NCBI GenBank assembly: GCA_951406725.2
Contig: OX597826.1
Location: 73,036,001-73,100,000, forward strand
Direction of reading: 5' to 3'
From: Octopus vulgaris
Lineage: Eukaryota
Length of the DNA: 64,000 bases
Part shown: piece after piece, positions 40,882-54,126 of the stretch
Layout: the number at the start of each line of letters is the position of its first letter
Position numbering within the stretch: the first letter of the stretch is position 1
Program-made: the position numbers and the translations under genes
Notes under the pieces: model-generated
The model's database searches: none
Told to the model about the DNA's origin: nothing
Seen by the model: only the letters and a program-made list of their open reading frames with translations

Positions 40882-42969
40882 TCAAATATAAATAGTTTTG
40901 GAAAGTTTTTCCGGCCAGTGAACAGTTCTGCCTGACCTCGTAACATAAGGTCTGTTCGAGGCAGGCTGCGACGACGAAGGTGGTGTTGTCGATGTTGGTG
41001 TTGATAATGGTGCATGTGTAAATAGTGGTGTTGTCAAAGGTGCATGTGAAGGTTCAACGATGGTTGTGGCAGTGGGGTCATTAAAAGATGTGGACACCTC
41101 AAAATATGCCCTTTTAAGACGATCTACGGAGACGGTCTCCGAACGACCGTTAATTTCAAGTTTGAATACCTTCGGCGTGCGAGAAATCACACGAAAAGGT
41201 CCTTTATAAGGAGAAACAAGAGGTCCTTTGACAGAATCATCACGAATAAAAACATGCGTCCAAGAATTAAGGTCTGATGGCACACTAGAAGGAGGATTTT
41301 GGTGTCGAGGGTCCATAGGAGGAAGGGCAGAAAAATATCTGCGTAATCGAGCAACATAAGACTCTAAATTAAGAGACTGTGACTTGTCTGGCACCAACAT
41401 CGTACCAGGCAATGCCAGTGTGGTACCATACAAGAGCTCGGCAGACGAAAAACCAAGGTCTGCTTTAATCGCAGTCCGACATCCAAGCAGGACGATCGGT
41501 AGAAATTCAGTCCATGTCTGTGGATTCGGCGAGGCACGCAAAGCGGCCTTAAGTTGCCTATGGAAACGCTCCACCATCCCATTAGAAGCGGGGTGGTAAC
41601 TTGTGGTGCGTATATGATGCATCCCCAGGATTCGTGATAACTCACGAAACAATGCAGACTCGAATTGTCGACCACGATCTGTGGTTAAACTGTACGGTAC
41701 ACCATACCTCGAAATCCAATTAGATACGAAAGCCCTCGCAACAGTTTCAGCTGAAATGTCTGCTATAGGAATAGCTTCCGGCCAGCGTGAAAAACGATCA
41801 ATACAAGTTAAAATGTATGAGAACCCGCGACTCACAGGCCATGGTCCAACCAAATCAAGGTGGATATGGCGAAAACGGGCTTCAGGAGAGGAAAATTGTC
41901 CAAGTGGAGCACGAACGTGCCTATGGACTTTAGCACTCTGGCACCTCAAACAAGAGCGTGCCCAAGAGGTAATTGATCGTCGCATATTGGGCCAGAAGAA
42001 CCGAGCAGTAACAAGCTTTACTGTGGCATTCCTCAAACCAAAACTCATAAATAAAAATTCAAAACAGCCAAAAGGAGTAGTAATTGCTGTTTTAGGAATA
42101 TCGTCTGAGTTGACCGGTATTTGATGGTAGGCACGTATCAGGTCAACCTTAGAAAAAATAGTACAGCCATGTAAATTTGCCGAAAAATCGTTTAAAATCC
42201 TTATGGGATATTTGTCTGGAATCGTCACCGCATTTAGACGCCGATAATCTCCCACCGGGCGAAAATCTGTATCCCCTTTTCTTACTAAATGAAGGGGAGA
42301 TGCCCATGGACTGGTGGAGGGGCGTATCAGACCGAGCTGGAGCATGTGCTCAAACTCAGCCCTAGCAGTTTTAAGTCGATCAGGTGCAAGACGCCTTGGA
42401 CGTGAAAAAACAGGAGGTCCAGTTGTTGTTATAAAGTGTCGTGTCGAATGCAATGGCTTAGCCACCCTAAAGGTAACATCATATAGCTCTGGAAAAGAAG
42501 CTAAAAGAGAGTGAAAAACATCTCCAGATGTACCGACAAAAAATGTCGGGCTAAGAGCTAAATTGGTAGATTCTCCGGTCGGCGTGGATAGTGTAGTCGA
42601 ACTATCGACCAACCTCCGACGTCTGACATCTACCAACAAATCAAATTTATCCAGAAAATCCGCACCTAAAATAGGATGCGGAATGTCGGCAATGACAAAA
42701 ACCCATCGAAAGTCTCGTCGAAGACCAATATCAAGGCGCAACGACATCTGACCGAATGTGGCTATTGGTGACGAGTCAATAGCGTGCAAGATGACGTTAG
42801 ATCGCTTTGGCCTGTCGGTTGTGCAACGCAGAGGCCAAATACTGCAACAAGAACCAGTGTCTACCATGAAGTTTTTCTTCGACACTAGATCTTTAACAAA
42901 GAATGCACGATAACCAGAAAATGTTGTGGAGGAAGTTGACGTGCTCAAATTCTCCGAATCTAGTTTAAA
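40882..42969 (-). CDS. Gypsy pol (protease - truncated RT fused in frame to integrase)
   Basis: FMVDTGS protease, [37 protein letters not shown] and FGLRNA, then directly [35 protein letters not shown] and GPF. YxDD and RNase H are absent. Confidence 0.92.
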   Translation of the reverse strand, partial: FKLDSENLSTSTSSTTFSGYRAFFVKDLVSKKNFMVDTGSCCSIWPLRCTTDRPKRSNVILHAIDSSPIATFGQMSLRLDIGLRRDFRWVFVIADIPHPILGADFLDKFDLLVDVRRRRLVDSSTTLSTPTGESTNLALSPTFFVGTSGDVFHSLLASFPELYDVTFRVAKPLHSTRHFITTTGPPVFSRPRRLAPDRLKTARAEFEHMLQLGLIRPSTSPWASPLHLVRKGDTDFRPVGDYRRLNAVTIPDKYPIRILNDFSANLHGCTIFSKVDLIRAYHQIPVNSDDIPKTAITTPFGCFEFLFMSFGLRNATVKLVTARFFWPNMRRSITSWARSCLRCQSAKVHRHVRAPLGQFSSPEARFRHIHLDLVGPWPVSRGFSYILTCIDRFSRWPEAIPIADISAETVARAFVSNWISRYGVPYSLTTDRGRQFESALFRELSRILGMHHIRTTSYHPASNGMVERFHRQLKAALRASPNPQTWTEFLPIVLLGCRTAIKADLGFSSAELLYGTTLALPGTMLVPDKSQSLNLESYVARLRRYFSALPPMDPRHQNPPSSVPSDLNSWTHVFIRDDSVKGPLVSPYKGPFRVISRTPKVFKLEINGRSETVSVDRLKRAYFEVSTSFNDPTATTIVEPSHAPLTTPLFTHAPLSTPTSTTPPSSSQPASNRPYVTRSGRTVHWPEKLSKTIYI

Positions 42970-43687
42970 GACTTATAAGTGCATGGCTGTGTGCACCTAT
43001 GTGCATTCTCTCCATACTTGGAGTGGTACCAACACAGTCCAGACTTAGACTGTGTTGATCTCGAGGATGAACGACTGCGACTTCGCGATTTTGAAGATCG
43101 CTTACCATCGCGACACATCGCGTCCATCCTTTTAGTGAGGGTTTCTATTAGTTTAGAAAGCCCCTCAATTGAGGCCGAAGAGGTCTGTGAACAGGCACAA
43201 GCAGACCGTGACGATGGTTGAACGGCAAATTCAACCATCTTATCAGCCATCGTTGCTATTTGGTCCACTGTATTTGTCTCTAAGCCGGTTGCCAAAACGG
43301 TCTGTATATAGGCGGGCAACCTCGAGAAAAAGATCTTCCGAAGGAGGGGGCATCTGATGCATTACCACTTAACTCCCTCAGTCTTCGTAAAAACTCTGAC
43401 GGAGTTCTGTCCCCTAGTTGCTCATCTGCCATTAACTCATTGAAACGACTTTCCTCGCTTCGTGTATTTCTTTTTTCAACCTCTAATCTAACAGACGCAT
43501 AAGTAGCGCCTGGACTAGGGTCTGTAATAAGGTCCCTTGCTGAAGATGCCAGTTGCGGCAGCATGCAACCATAAAGGATTTCCAACTGCTGCTCGGGAGT
43601 AATACTTTGTGCACGAAATTGTGCCTCTAACTGTGAAAACCACAGTGTGGCATCACCTGTAAAAGTAGGTAACGAACCCATAAACAT
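42960..43687 (-). CDS. Gypsy gag (1-bp frameshift at ~43345-43350)
   Basis: [35 protein letters not shown] / [32 protein letters not shown], the typical Gag with a CWYH knuckle. Confidence 0.85.
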
Positions 43688-45003
43688 TTTGTAGCCTTTT
43701 ATTCACTAGATGACTCTGTCAAATGGAAAAAAGAAAACTGACAACGAACCAACGCTGAACAGACGCAACAAGGAAAAACAAAGGGAAAAAAGAAAGGAAG
43801 AAAGAAAGAAAGACCAACAATTGAACCAATAAATTTTGAATGTGCAATTTACAAAAAAATGGGTTTTTTTTTGTTTTTTTTTTGTTTGTACTGTGTGCAC
43901 AGAGAATAGAAAAAAATTCTTTTCTTTTTTTTTGTTTTTACCAACCTTCGTCGCGTTTTAATCGAGAAAAAAATTTCTTCTCTTTTTTTTTTTTTTTCTT
44001 CCGTGCGTGAGTGCAGATGAAGAAACAAACTGTTGAAAGGGACTGGAAAACAGGTTGGTCGTGTTTCAGACTTGGCAGAAAACTGGATTTTTCTTTTTGT
44101 TGAGTGTTCTCTGGAACTTTGGGGTCACCACTGTAAGGAATATGTGATATCTCCGCTTGCACTTTTGGGGTGCAAGTTGGTGCAATCACTTTCCGTTGCT
44201 TTTATATCCAGACTCTACCAGTCAAAGAAACACAAAACGCAGACGTAAAAAATAGACATACTTTATTGTTTTATACCGGTGAGAAATCAGTGGTATATCT
44301 GATGTCCAAAATGGCGTCCTGAGGAAGAAGATGATTTGACTGCAACAATTCAGGTTAAAAGTCTTCGGCCAAAGGACTGCTGCTATCAAAACCGGAGAGA
44401 GAGCGAATTAAACGTCTGCTTTGGTGAAATGCCTGCCGCTGTCTGTCGGACGCTAATGGTCAACCTTTACGCTCCCTTGCCTCTTTGTTAAGGCTCACGC
44501 TCCCTTGCCTAAGGCCACGTCAGCAAGGCTGTCAGCTAAGGCCACGTCAGCAAAATTCCCTCTTTCGGACTTCGTGTATTCGCGAGAGGGCGTTGCGCGC
44601 GCGCGCGCTGTTGTATAGGATCACTTCACTACATGTCCGTTCGGCTTCTTGGCTTCGGAAAAAGTGCATTAGACATCCTACCGCGCTCGAAATAGTCGAC
44701 TCTTTTCGAAAGTCCTTATCGCGACTGCGCCGTCCATCTAATGAACGTTTCACTCCTTCTCTACAAACGCGCAATAGAAAAGACATTTCAGAAGTCGCCA
44801 TTCATCTATTCTGGAAATGCGACTAGGGTAACGCATCTTAGATACATGTTAATTAATAAATTCATTACTGCGTTTGATTAGTATTACTAAACTTCCTCAA
44901 GGTGGTGCCCCAGCATGGCCGCAGTCTAATGAGTGAAACAAATAAAAGAACAAGGTCATCAATACCGGAGCGACCCCAATACTCAACGGTACTTATTCTA
45001 TCG

Positions 45004-45238
45004 AAGGCGGCGAGCTGGCAGAAACGTTAGCGCGCCGGGCGAAATGCTTAGCGGTATTTCGTCTGCCGTTACGTTCTGAGTTCAAATTCCGCCGAGGTCG
45101 ACTTTGCCTTTCATCCTTTCGGGGTCGATTAAATAAGTACAGTTACGCACTGGGGTCGATATACTCGATTTAATCCGTCTGTCTGTCCTTGTTCGTCCTC
45201 TCTGTGTTTAGCCCCTTGTGGCTAGTAAAGAAATAGGT
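45004..45238 (+). mobile_element. SINE family C monomer (followed by an inverted older fragment at 45245-45375)
   Basis: A-box-like tggcagaaacgttag, B-box-like gagttcaaattcc, and a body ending gtaaagaaataggt. Confidence 0.85.
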
Positions 45239-46644
45239 CCTAATCTATCGACCCCGAAAGAATGAAAGGCAAGGTCTACCCTGGCGGAATTTGAACTCAA
45301 AGTGTCGTACCGACAGATGAAATGCTATCAAGGAATTTCTCCGACGTGCTAACGATTCTACCATCTCACCGCCTTGGTTTGATTGTATTAATATTAATTA
45401 ATTATTCAGGGTGGCTATATGCTTAACGGCATCACTTCTGATTCTTTACGTTCTCAGTTCAAATCTCAGTGAGGTCAGCTTTAACTTTCTTCCTTTCGGG
45501 GTCGATAAAATAAATCGTGGGTGAGCACTGGGATGAGGTGGGGGGGTGTCAATGTGATTGACTTTCCCCTTCCCTAAGATCGCGGTATCGATTCTTCCTG
45601 ACTGAACGGTGCCTTGTTTTAGTGAACCAAACGCTCCATATCACGTTACTCCAGTCTGCTCAGCTGGTAATGATGAGTAATCCTACAACGGACTGGCGTC
45701 CCGTCCAGGGAGGAAAATATACGCCAGAGACACTGGAGAGCCGGTCCTATGCTCCTTACGGAGTAATGTGGACTAACCCCACTTCTATGAGTCCTAAAAC
45801 TCTAGACAGAAATATCCAGGGAACTCACAATGCGTTTTCTTCCTTATCGATCTTCGGGAGATGTAAGACGAATCTTAGCACGTCTTTGTTTCAATATAAA
45901 TTATTTAATGGCTTCAGAGTAAGTCCTTTTTACTCAGTGGTTTTTCAAAAACTTTACAATACCAATGCCTGTCTACAAATACTCGGAGTTTTTTGTTTGT
46001 GATTTTATATTTTTTTCCTGCTTTCTACTCCATTTCAATGAAAAGCCTGGTCAGAGTTTGTATCTAGGTTTAAACGTTTAAAAGATAAATGTGAATTTTT
46101 ATAAGTGACAATTTGTTCGTCCTCTCACCTTTTTCAATCATCACAGTCCTACATTCACAGTGAGTAATATTGATTCTAGTGTACCTGTCCGCTGAGTCAC
46201 AATGTTTCCATTGATTGTTGCAGGTAGAAGAAAATAACAACAAAAAGAAACATTAAGATAGCTTTCGCTATCATGATCAATTGCTTAATAAATAAGTAAT
46301 TCATCATCATCATCGTTAATATCGTATATTGTATATATATATTTATAGATATCCGAAGGCTATTAATCATTTCTTTCATGAGGTTCCATTCACAACTCAA
46401 ACCGGTTTAAAACCAGTTCTGTCTTGTTTGGACTTGCTTAACCTGGTTGATAACAATGGTGTGAAAACTTCATTTGGATTATTTCCACGTTTACTCGAAT
46501 ATCCCGAAAAAGTTTGTTTATTATGCCCCTTCTTACATAAGTTATTTACCGAATATATAAATCAGAAGAATGTGATTCAGTGACGTTCATGCCTTTATCA
46601 AGCGCACCTGTCTATCTAATCATACATATATACACACATACATC

Positions 46645-47200
46645 CTCTCGGAGGATACAGAACGCTGGAAATATTGTGCACCTGAAACAGGAGTTGGATG
46701 CAGTATACAGGTGGGCTGAGGACAAAAACATGCAGTTTAATGCTGGAAAATTCCACACAAAGCTGAACGAAATGCTGAAAGAAAACACTGGCCCGAGAGG
46801 AATTGCAATCTCTGAATGAAAACCATTGCACGACCTAGCAATTGGCATGAGTAATGGTACATCTTTCCAGGTGTATATTAATAATTTGGCAATAAGATGC
46901 AGATGGATAGCCGGATAGATCCTTCAAACTTTCAGAACGAGAGAACAGGAAACGATGGTGGTCCTTTGAGGGAACATATGTCCTCTTCCGCTTAGGCTAC
47001 TGTTCCCAACTGTGGTCATCACACGGTATAAAATTAACGGCGGAAATTGAAGCAATTCAGCGAAGCTACACAAAGAAAATCAACTCGATGCAACGTGTCA
47101 GCTACTGGGAAAGGTTGAGAAAATTAATGCCATGCTCCCTAAAACGAAGAGGGGGGGAAGATATGCTGTGATATAGATCTGGAAGATCCTGGAAGAACTT
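46645..47200 (+). mobile_element. CR1-like LINE RT C-terminal fragment
   Basis: LKQELDAVYRWAEDKNMQFNAGKF..HDLAI..LGYCSQLWS..IQRSYTKKI..SYWERLRKL, with stops and frameshifts. Confidence 0.8.
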
Positions 47201-47205
47201 GTACA

Positions 47206-47275
<70 letters not shown>

Positions 47276-47451
47276 CACAACGGGCTTCTATCAGTTTCCG
47301 TCTACCAAATCTACTAACAAGGCTTTGGTTGACCTGAGGTTAAAGTAGCAGTCACTTACCCAAGGTGCCATGTAGTGGGACTGAACCCTGAACCATGTGC
47401 TTGGGAAGTAAACTTATTATGGAAAAAAGAAATGTGTGTGTGAGTGTGTAC

Positions 47452-47905
47452 AGGCATGTCTGTGTGGTAAGAAATGTGCTTCCCAAACACATGGTTCTGG
47501 GTTCATTCCCATTGTGTGGCACCTTCAGCAAGTGTCCTCCCCTATAGCCACAGAGTGATTAAACTCTTGTTTGGATTTGGTAAAGGGAAACTAAAAGAAG
47601 CCCACCTTATATATGTGTGCATGTATACAAATTGATATGTGTATGTGTGTGCAAGTGAGTGTGCATCTGTGTGTGCATCTGCCTGTGAGTGTGTATCTGT
47701 GTCTATGTATGTTCCCCATCTCACTGCTTGGCAACCGGTGAGTGTGTGTTTATGTCCCCATAAGTTAACGGTTTGGTAAAAGATACCCTTTGAATAAGCC
47801 CCAAGCTTTAAAATATCAAGTTCTTAGGTTGATAAATTTAACAAAATCTTCTTGAAAGCAGTGCCCCAGCATGACCACAGTCTTAAACAAGTAAAGAATA
47901 AAAGA
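47452..47905 (+). mobile_element. Diverged SINE family B (inverted head fragment at 47280-47418)
   Basis: Recognisable head, CORE-like segment and tail. Confidence 0.7.
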
Positions 47906-48247
47906 TATACATAATTGAGGTTGTTTTGTTAGAAGAATGAATGTGTGTCGGTGGGTGTGTGTTTGGAAATCCCAAAACTCGAACAAATACATACAAGGAA
48001 TAGATTTTGTGTCTGAGTGCGAAGAAAAAGTTGCTAATTGTTGTTATTTTTACACTTGGATAAACATTCACATAAAAACATTTTCTTAGAAAGCTTTTGT
48101 TGGATTAAACATTTTCAACAAATAGCCTGGGAAAAAAATTTCAATCTAAAAACATTTTCTCGGTACTACTGTGTGTATATATATATAACTGTGAGTGTGA
48201 ACATGTATGTATTTATGTATATATATGAATATATAAAGGTGTATATT

Positions 48248-48333
<86 letters not shown>

Positions 48334-48348
48334 CATATATATATATAC

Positions 48349-48442
<94 letters not shown>

Positions 48443-48700
48443 GTATGTATACATGTGTAGGTGTGTCTGCATGTGAGTGTGGATGCATGTCTTTCTTAAG
48501 ATCGAAGTTTCTATTACTGGATTGGGTGATAGATTACTTTCGTGGGCAAAACCATTAATTCCACTTACCCCAAACTATTCAGCTGATAAAAATGAGCAAT
48601 TCAGCTATGGCCCACTTTCCTATTCTGTGGGGAAATATATACACTACAGAATCCGGTAAACCATCTTTTTAAGTTGACGCCTTGAGAAAGCTTTAATTTC

Positions 48701-48731
<31 letters not shown>

Positions 48732-48734
<3 letters not shown>

Positions 48735-49028
48735 TTATATATAAAATTGAAGTTGTGTGTCTGTCTCCACCGATTTAGATTCCTAACTACTCCCACATTT
48801 TGCGGTGCAGTTTAACCAAAACCGGGTATCTTATAGTCGTGATTCATATCGAGCCCTTCTGGGTATTAGCGCGCGTCCACGATGAGTCTACGATTTAAAA
48901 AAAATCTACCATCATTTTTCACATTTTTAATGCATTTTTGCTCGGTTTATATAAGGGAAATAATTCTCTAAAAATGCTTATATAGTTATTTCTCTTACAA
49001 ACCCGAGCAACGCCGGGCGATACTGCTA

Positions 49029-49029
<1 letters not shown>
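48732..49029 (+). mobile_element. Non-autonomous Helitron
   Basis: 5' TC, 3' hairpin cccgagcaacgccggg then CTAG. Inserted between A and T in (TA)n, with no TSD. Confidence 0.85.
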
Positions 49030-49083
<54 letters not shown>

Positions 49084-49402
49084 CATTAGGGAATATGATT
49101 CCGAATTTACAGGGAGAATTTCAATTTAGTAATACTAAATCAAATTTCACAATATATAATATGTGTATATAAATTAGAGAAGAACTACCATGTAGCAATT
49201 CAACAATGATATACTTAAATCATACCATATAGAAAAAAATTAAAGATACGATTAAACATTTACGTAGAACTAAATAAAATACGAAATAATAAATAAATAG
49301 TATATAATTAGTAATTATATACTCATTATATACAATTTTAGATAGATATGCATATACATATATATACATAAACATGTATATGTATATATACATATATATA
49401 TG

Positions 49403-49462
<60 letters not shown>

Positions 49463-49589
49463 CTTAGATATGTTTCGACCACAGATTTGACCAGGCCATG
49501 TATATATACATATTTATATATAAGTATATATGTATGTATGTATATAAGCATGTACTTATGTATGTATTTATGTACATGTGTGTATATTT

Positions 49590-49985
49590 CAATCTTTTAC
49601 TTGATTCACTCATTAAATTGAGGCCATACTGGAGCACTGCCTTGGGGTATTCTGTGCTTATCAAATCGATTGACCCTACACTTATTTTCTTTGTCAGCGT
49701 AGTACTTATTCTGTTGGTCTCTTTTGACAAACCACTCAGTTTCGGGAACATGAACACACTGCCATGGATTGTCAAGCAGTGGCAAGGGACAAATACAGAA
49801 ATTAGGGTTAGGGTTAGGGTTGGTCTTCTTTCAGTTCTGTCTACCAAATCCACTCACAAGTATTTAATCAGCCCAGTGCTATTGTAGAAAACACTTGCCC
49901 AAGGTACCAAGCAATGGGACTGAACCTAGAATTATGTGGTTGAGAAGCAACGACATTCAAGTTTCTTACTACAGAGCCACTTCTG
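49590..49985 (-). mobile_element. Diverged SINE family B
   Basis: Reverse match to head and tail. The internal microsatellite is replaced by (TTAGGG)3. Confidence 0.7.
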
Positions 49986-50005
49986 CATATATATATATAT
50001 ATATA

Positions 50006-50506
50006 CCGTAAATCCTGGAGTATAATCCGCATTGTTTTCCCAAAATTTAAAGGTCAAAATCCCTAGTGCGTACTATATACGAGGTTAAAAATGAAGAATA
50101 TTTTCTAAGCAGTGTTAGGGTCTCTATTTGTTGTCCAGCAATGTTATTCAGACACAAAATACGTCAAACTAAGCCTGAAAGCAATGAAGTCATAAAAGAA
50201 TCATCCATAACTTGCAGTAAGCAACATTTATTAATATAAAAGTATTCAGAACACAGAATAACCAGTAACAAAAACAATTTGCAAACATATTTACATTCCA
50301 ATATAACAGTTAAGAACATCACCATTATTGTATTACGCATGCGCGGAAGTGTTTGTTCGACTAGGTGGTGCTGGCTTAATTATGCACGACTGAAGTTAGA
50401 GAAGGGGTGCGTATTATACACAAGGTTTAGGTTTTTCAGAGGTACAGCCCACTAGAAATCCCCTGCGTATTATACTCAAGGGCGGACTATACTCGAAGAT
50501 TTAAGG
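50006..50506. mobile_element. Tc1/mariner-superfamily (pogo/Tc2-like) MITE
   Basis: TIRs ccgtaaatcctggagtataatccgc / gcggactatactcgaagatttaagg, with TA flanks. Confidence 0.8.
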
Positions 50507-50532
50507 TATATATACATACATACATACATACA

Positions 50533-50640
<108 letters not shown>

Positions 50641-50711
50641 TATAAATGTGTGTGTGTATATATATATTAACACACATATTTCTGCATGTATATATATATA
50701 TGTATGCATAC

Positions 50712-50798
<87 letters not shown>

Positions 50799-50865
50799 GC
50801 ATATATATATATATATATACACACATATATATATATATATACACACACATATATATATATATATA

Positions 50866-50919
<54 letters not shown>

Positions 50920-50986
50920 CAGTTGTGCATATATTTCGTTTTTGGATTTGGTTTGCAAGATTCTTTATATGAGTTCGTGTGTTGAA

Positions 50987-51648
50987 GCATATTCTGTTGT
51001 GTCTGGGGTGGGTCATTCTCTTTTAGTGCCTTATTATTTAACACACTCACCGGTAAAATTTCCACTCATTTCTTATTTCTATTTTCCTAAAATTTTCGTT
51101 GCATCTTCCAACCTTTTCAATAGTTTTGACTCTGTCCCTTATTTACACTGCGTTCCCTTTTGTTTGCTTGTGCGCATGTGTGTGGGTCAGTGTGTGTGTG
51201 TGTGTTTGTGCCTATACATGCATGCATGTACGCATGTATGTGTGTGTGTGTTTGCATGTGTATGTATATATGTGTGTGTGTTTGCATGTGTATGTATGTA
51301 TGTGTGTGTGTTTGCATGTGTATGTATGTATGTGTGTGTGTTTGCATATGTATGTATATATGTGTGTGTGTTTGCATGTGTATGTATGTATGTGTGTGTG
51401 TTTGCATATGTATGTATGTGTGTGTGTTTGCATGTGTATGTATATATGTGTGTGTGTTTGCATGTGTATGTATGTATATATGTGTGTGTATGCATATGTA
51501 TGTATGTATGTGTGTGCATCTGTACGTACGTATCCTGCATATTTATGTGCTTGCCTGTTTGTGTTTGTGTATTTTCTATGTATGTGTGTGTGTGAGCATG
51601 TGTTTGTATATATATATATATGCACCTCTGTCTCCTTGTGTGTGCATA

Positions 51649-51684
<36 letters not shown>

Positions 51685-51919
51685 GTAACTATGTACCATG
51701 TTTGTATGTATGGATGTGCATCTTTATATGTGTGGATCCGTGTCTCCATATGTGTCTGTTCATATAGTCTATATACCTATCCGTCTGTATATTGATCTGT
51801 TTATTTAAATATCTAAATGCTTACATACAGAAATTAAAAAAAAATGTAAAAAATATAAAAATTAAAAATTAAAAAAATATAAAAAATATATAAAAATACG
51901 TACATGCATGCATGTATAG

Positions 51920-51987
<68 letters not shown>

Positions 51988-52184
51988 ACCCCCTCATATG
52001 CGTACAAACAAACAAAAGGGAACGCAGTGTAAATAACGGACTGAGTCAAAACTATTGAAAAGGTTGGAAGATGCAACGAAAATTTTAGAAAAAAAAATAA
52101 AGAAATAAGTGGAAATTTTACCTGTGAATATGTTATATTATAAGGCACAAAAAGAAAATTACTCTCCCCAGACACAACAGTAAA

Positions 52185-52187
<3 letters not shown>
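50987..52187. repeat. Inverted repeat, arms ~50987-51232 and ~51898-52187
   Basis: The arms are reverse-complementary across both a repeat-family fragment (also at 25100-25235) and its flanking sequence. Confidence 0.85.
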
Positions 52188-52240
<53 letters not shown>

Positions 52241-52333
52241 TATATATATATACATATATATATACATATATATATGCATATATATATACATATATAGATA
52301 CATATATATATGCATATATATATACATATATGC

Positions 52334-52425
<92 letters not shown>

Positions 52426-52426
52426 G

Positions 52427-52928
52427 GTCTCACTTGGCTCGCTGGGTTTTCTCAAGCACAGTATATTTCCAAAAGTCTCGGTCACTGGTCATTGCCTCGG
52501 TGAGGCCTAATGTGCGAAGGTCGTGCTTCACCACTTAATCCCATGTCTTCCTGGGTCTACCTCTTCCACAGGTTCCCTCAACAGCTAGGGTGTGACACTT
52601 TTTCACACAGCTATCCTCATCCATTCTTGCCACATGACCATACCAGCGCAGTTGTCTCTCTTGCACACTACATCTGGTGCTTCTTAGGTCCAACTTTTCT
52701 CTCAAGGCACTTACACTCTGTCAAGTATGCGCACTGACATTACACATCCATCGGATCAAACTGGCTTCATTCCTCACGAGCTTACGCATGTCCTCAGCAG
52801 TTACGGCCCATGTTTCACTGCCATGTAGCATGGCTGTTCGTACACATGCGTCATACAGTCTACCTTTTACTCTGAGTGAGAGGCCCTTTGTCACCAGCAG
52901 AGGTAAGAGCTCTCTGAACTTTGCCCAT
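52427..52928 (-). mobile_element. RTE-clade LINE 3' ORF fragment
   Basis: WAKFRELLPLL..VKGRLYDACVRTAMLHGSETW..LRWYGHVARM..GRGRPRKTW, with stops. Confidence 0.88.
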
Positions 52929-53000
52929 ATATACTATTGTTTTATTGTTTTATTCTTTTACTCATTTCAGCCATGCAGCTATGGTCATGCTACGGCACCA

Positions 53001-53042
<42 letters not shown>

Positions 53043-53076
53043 ACACACACATATATATATATATTTATACATTGAC

Positions 53077-53146
<70 letters not shown>

Positions 53147-54126
53147 ATAGACAGACTAAGTTTCTTACTTAAAAGCAATTTCCAAAGTGTTCTCCTTTCT
53201 TTGGTTGGGTGGAGGGTGTATCAGATTTATTTTCGTGCAGTCTTGATGGGTGTGTCACTTACCTACACACACAAACATACATGCACACGTATGTATTTGC
53301 ACACACTCATACATATATGCACACACATACACATGAATAGAAATTGCAAGAGGTCAAAATAAAAAGCAAACAAAATTCGTGACAAGGAGAAAAAAACCCC
53401 GGTTATTGTGCATTATTGAATGAAATAATTAATACTTGTTGAATAGAAGAAACATCATGTGAGTTTTTATTTGAAATTATTGGTTTTGGGTCAGGCCACG
53501 ATGATGTCTGTGTGTATGTCTAAGTCAAAACATACATATGAGTGAGTGTGTGTGTGTGCAGATGTGCTTGCGTACGCATTTACTAATACATAAATACAGA
53601 CGTCATTGTGACCTAACCCGAAAACAATTGTTTGAAATAAAACTCACCTGATGTTTTCTCTCTTCAAGAAGATTTAGTCATTTCACTCAATAAAGCACAA
53701 CCTATTTTTTATATTTATATGTTTATTTTTGTAAGATTCATGTTTCTGCCCCAGTCAACCGAAAATAGGTAGACACCCTACCACTACCTCCATCGCCAAG
53801 AATACTCTTATGGACAGATGGAAAGGGTGGATCAGAGGCATAAGGACCTCCGAAAAATATGACCAGGTGAAAAAATGTCACCTGATAGTTGCAAGTACCA
53901 AAGTTACTCTAAAGAGTCAAATGTTTAAGTTCAAATAAAAAAATATATGCCCAGGAAGAGGGGGCAACCATCGGTGTCAGTATTGCTGGCCATATGGCCA
54001 ACCTCTTTATAGTATAGTGGGATAAGAGATCCAAAGAACGCTCTGCAGAGAACTCCATAACCCTAACCATGTACTCTTGCTATGTTAATGATTTCAAGAA
54101 AGTAGTAAAAACACTCCCACATTTCC

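Larger units (their letters stand above)
40168..44633 (-). mobile_element. Gypsy/Ty3 LTR retrotransposon, young, internally deleted
   Basis: 502-bp TG..CA LTRs at 40168-40669 and 44132-44633 (2 differences seen), 4-bp TSD tgtc, PBS tggtgacccc (44121-44130; tRNA-Trp-like), PPT ggaggggag next to the 3' LTR, and gag plus pol. Confidence 0.96.
39934..44691. mobile_element. TIR (foldback-like) element with internal 15-16-bp repeats, split by the Gypsy insertion
   Basis: ggacaggatgccaaatgcacttttgcgaag..ccgaa (39935-39980) is an imperfect reverse complement of 44634-44691. gccgaacggacaaaat repeats lie at 39990-40057. Confidence 0.55.
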
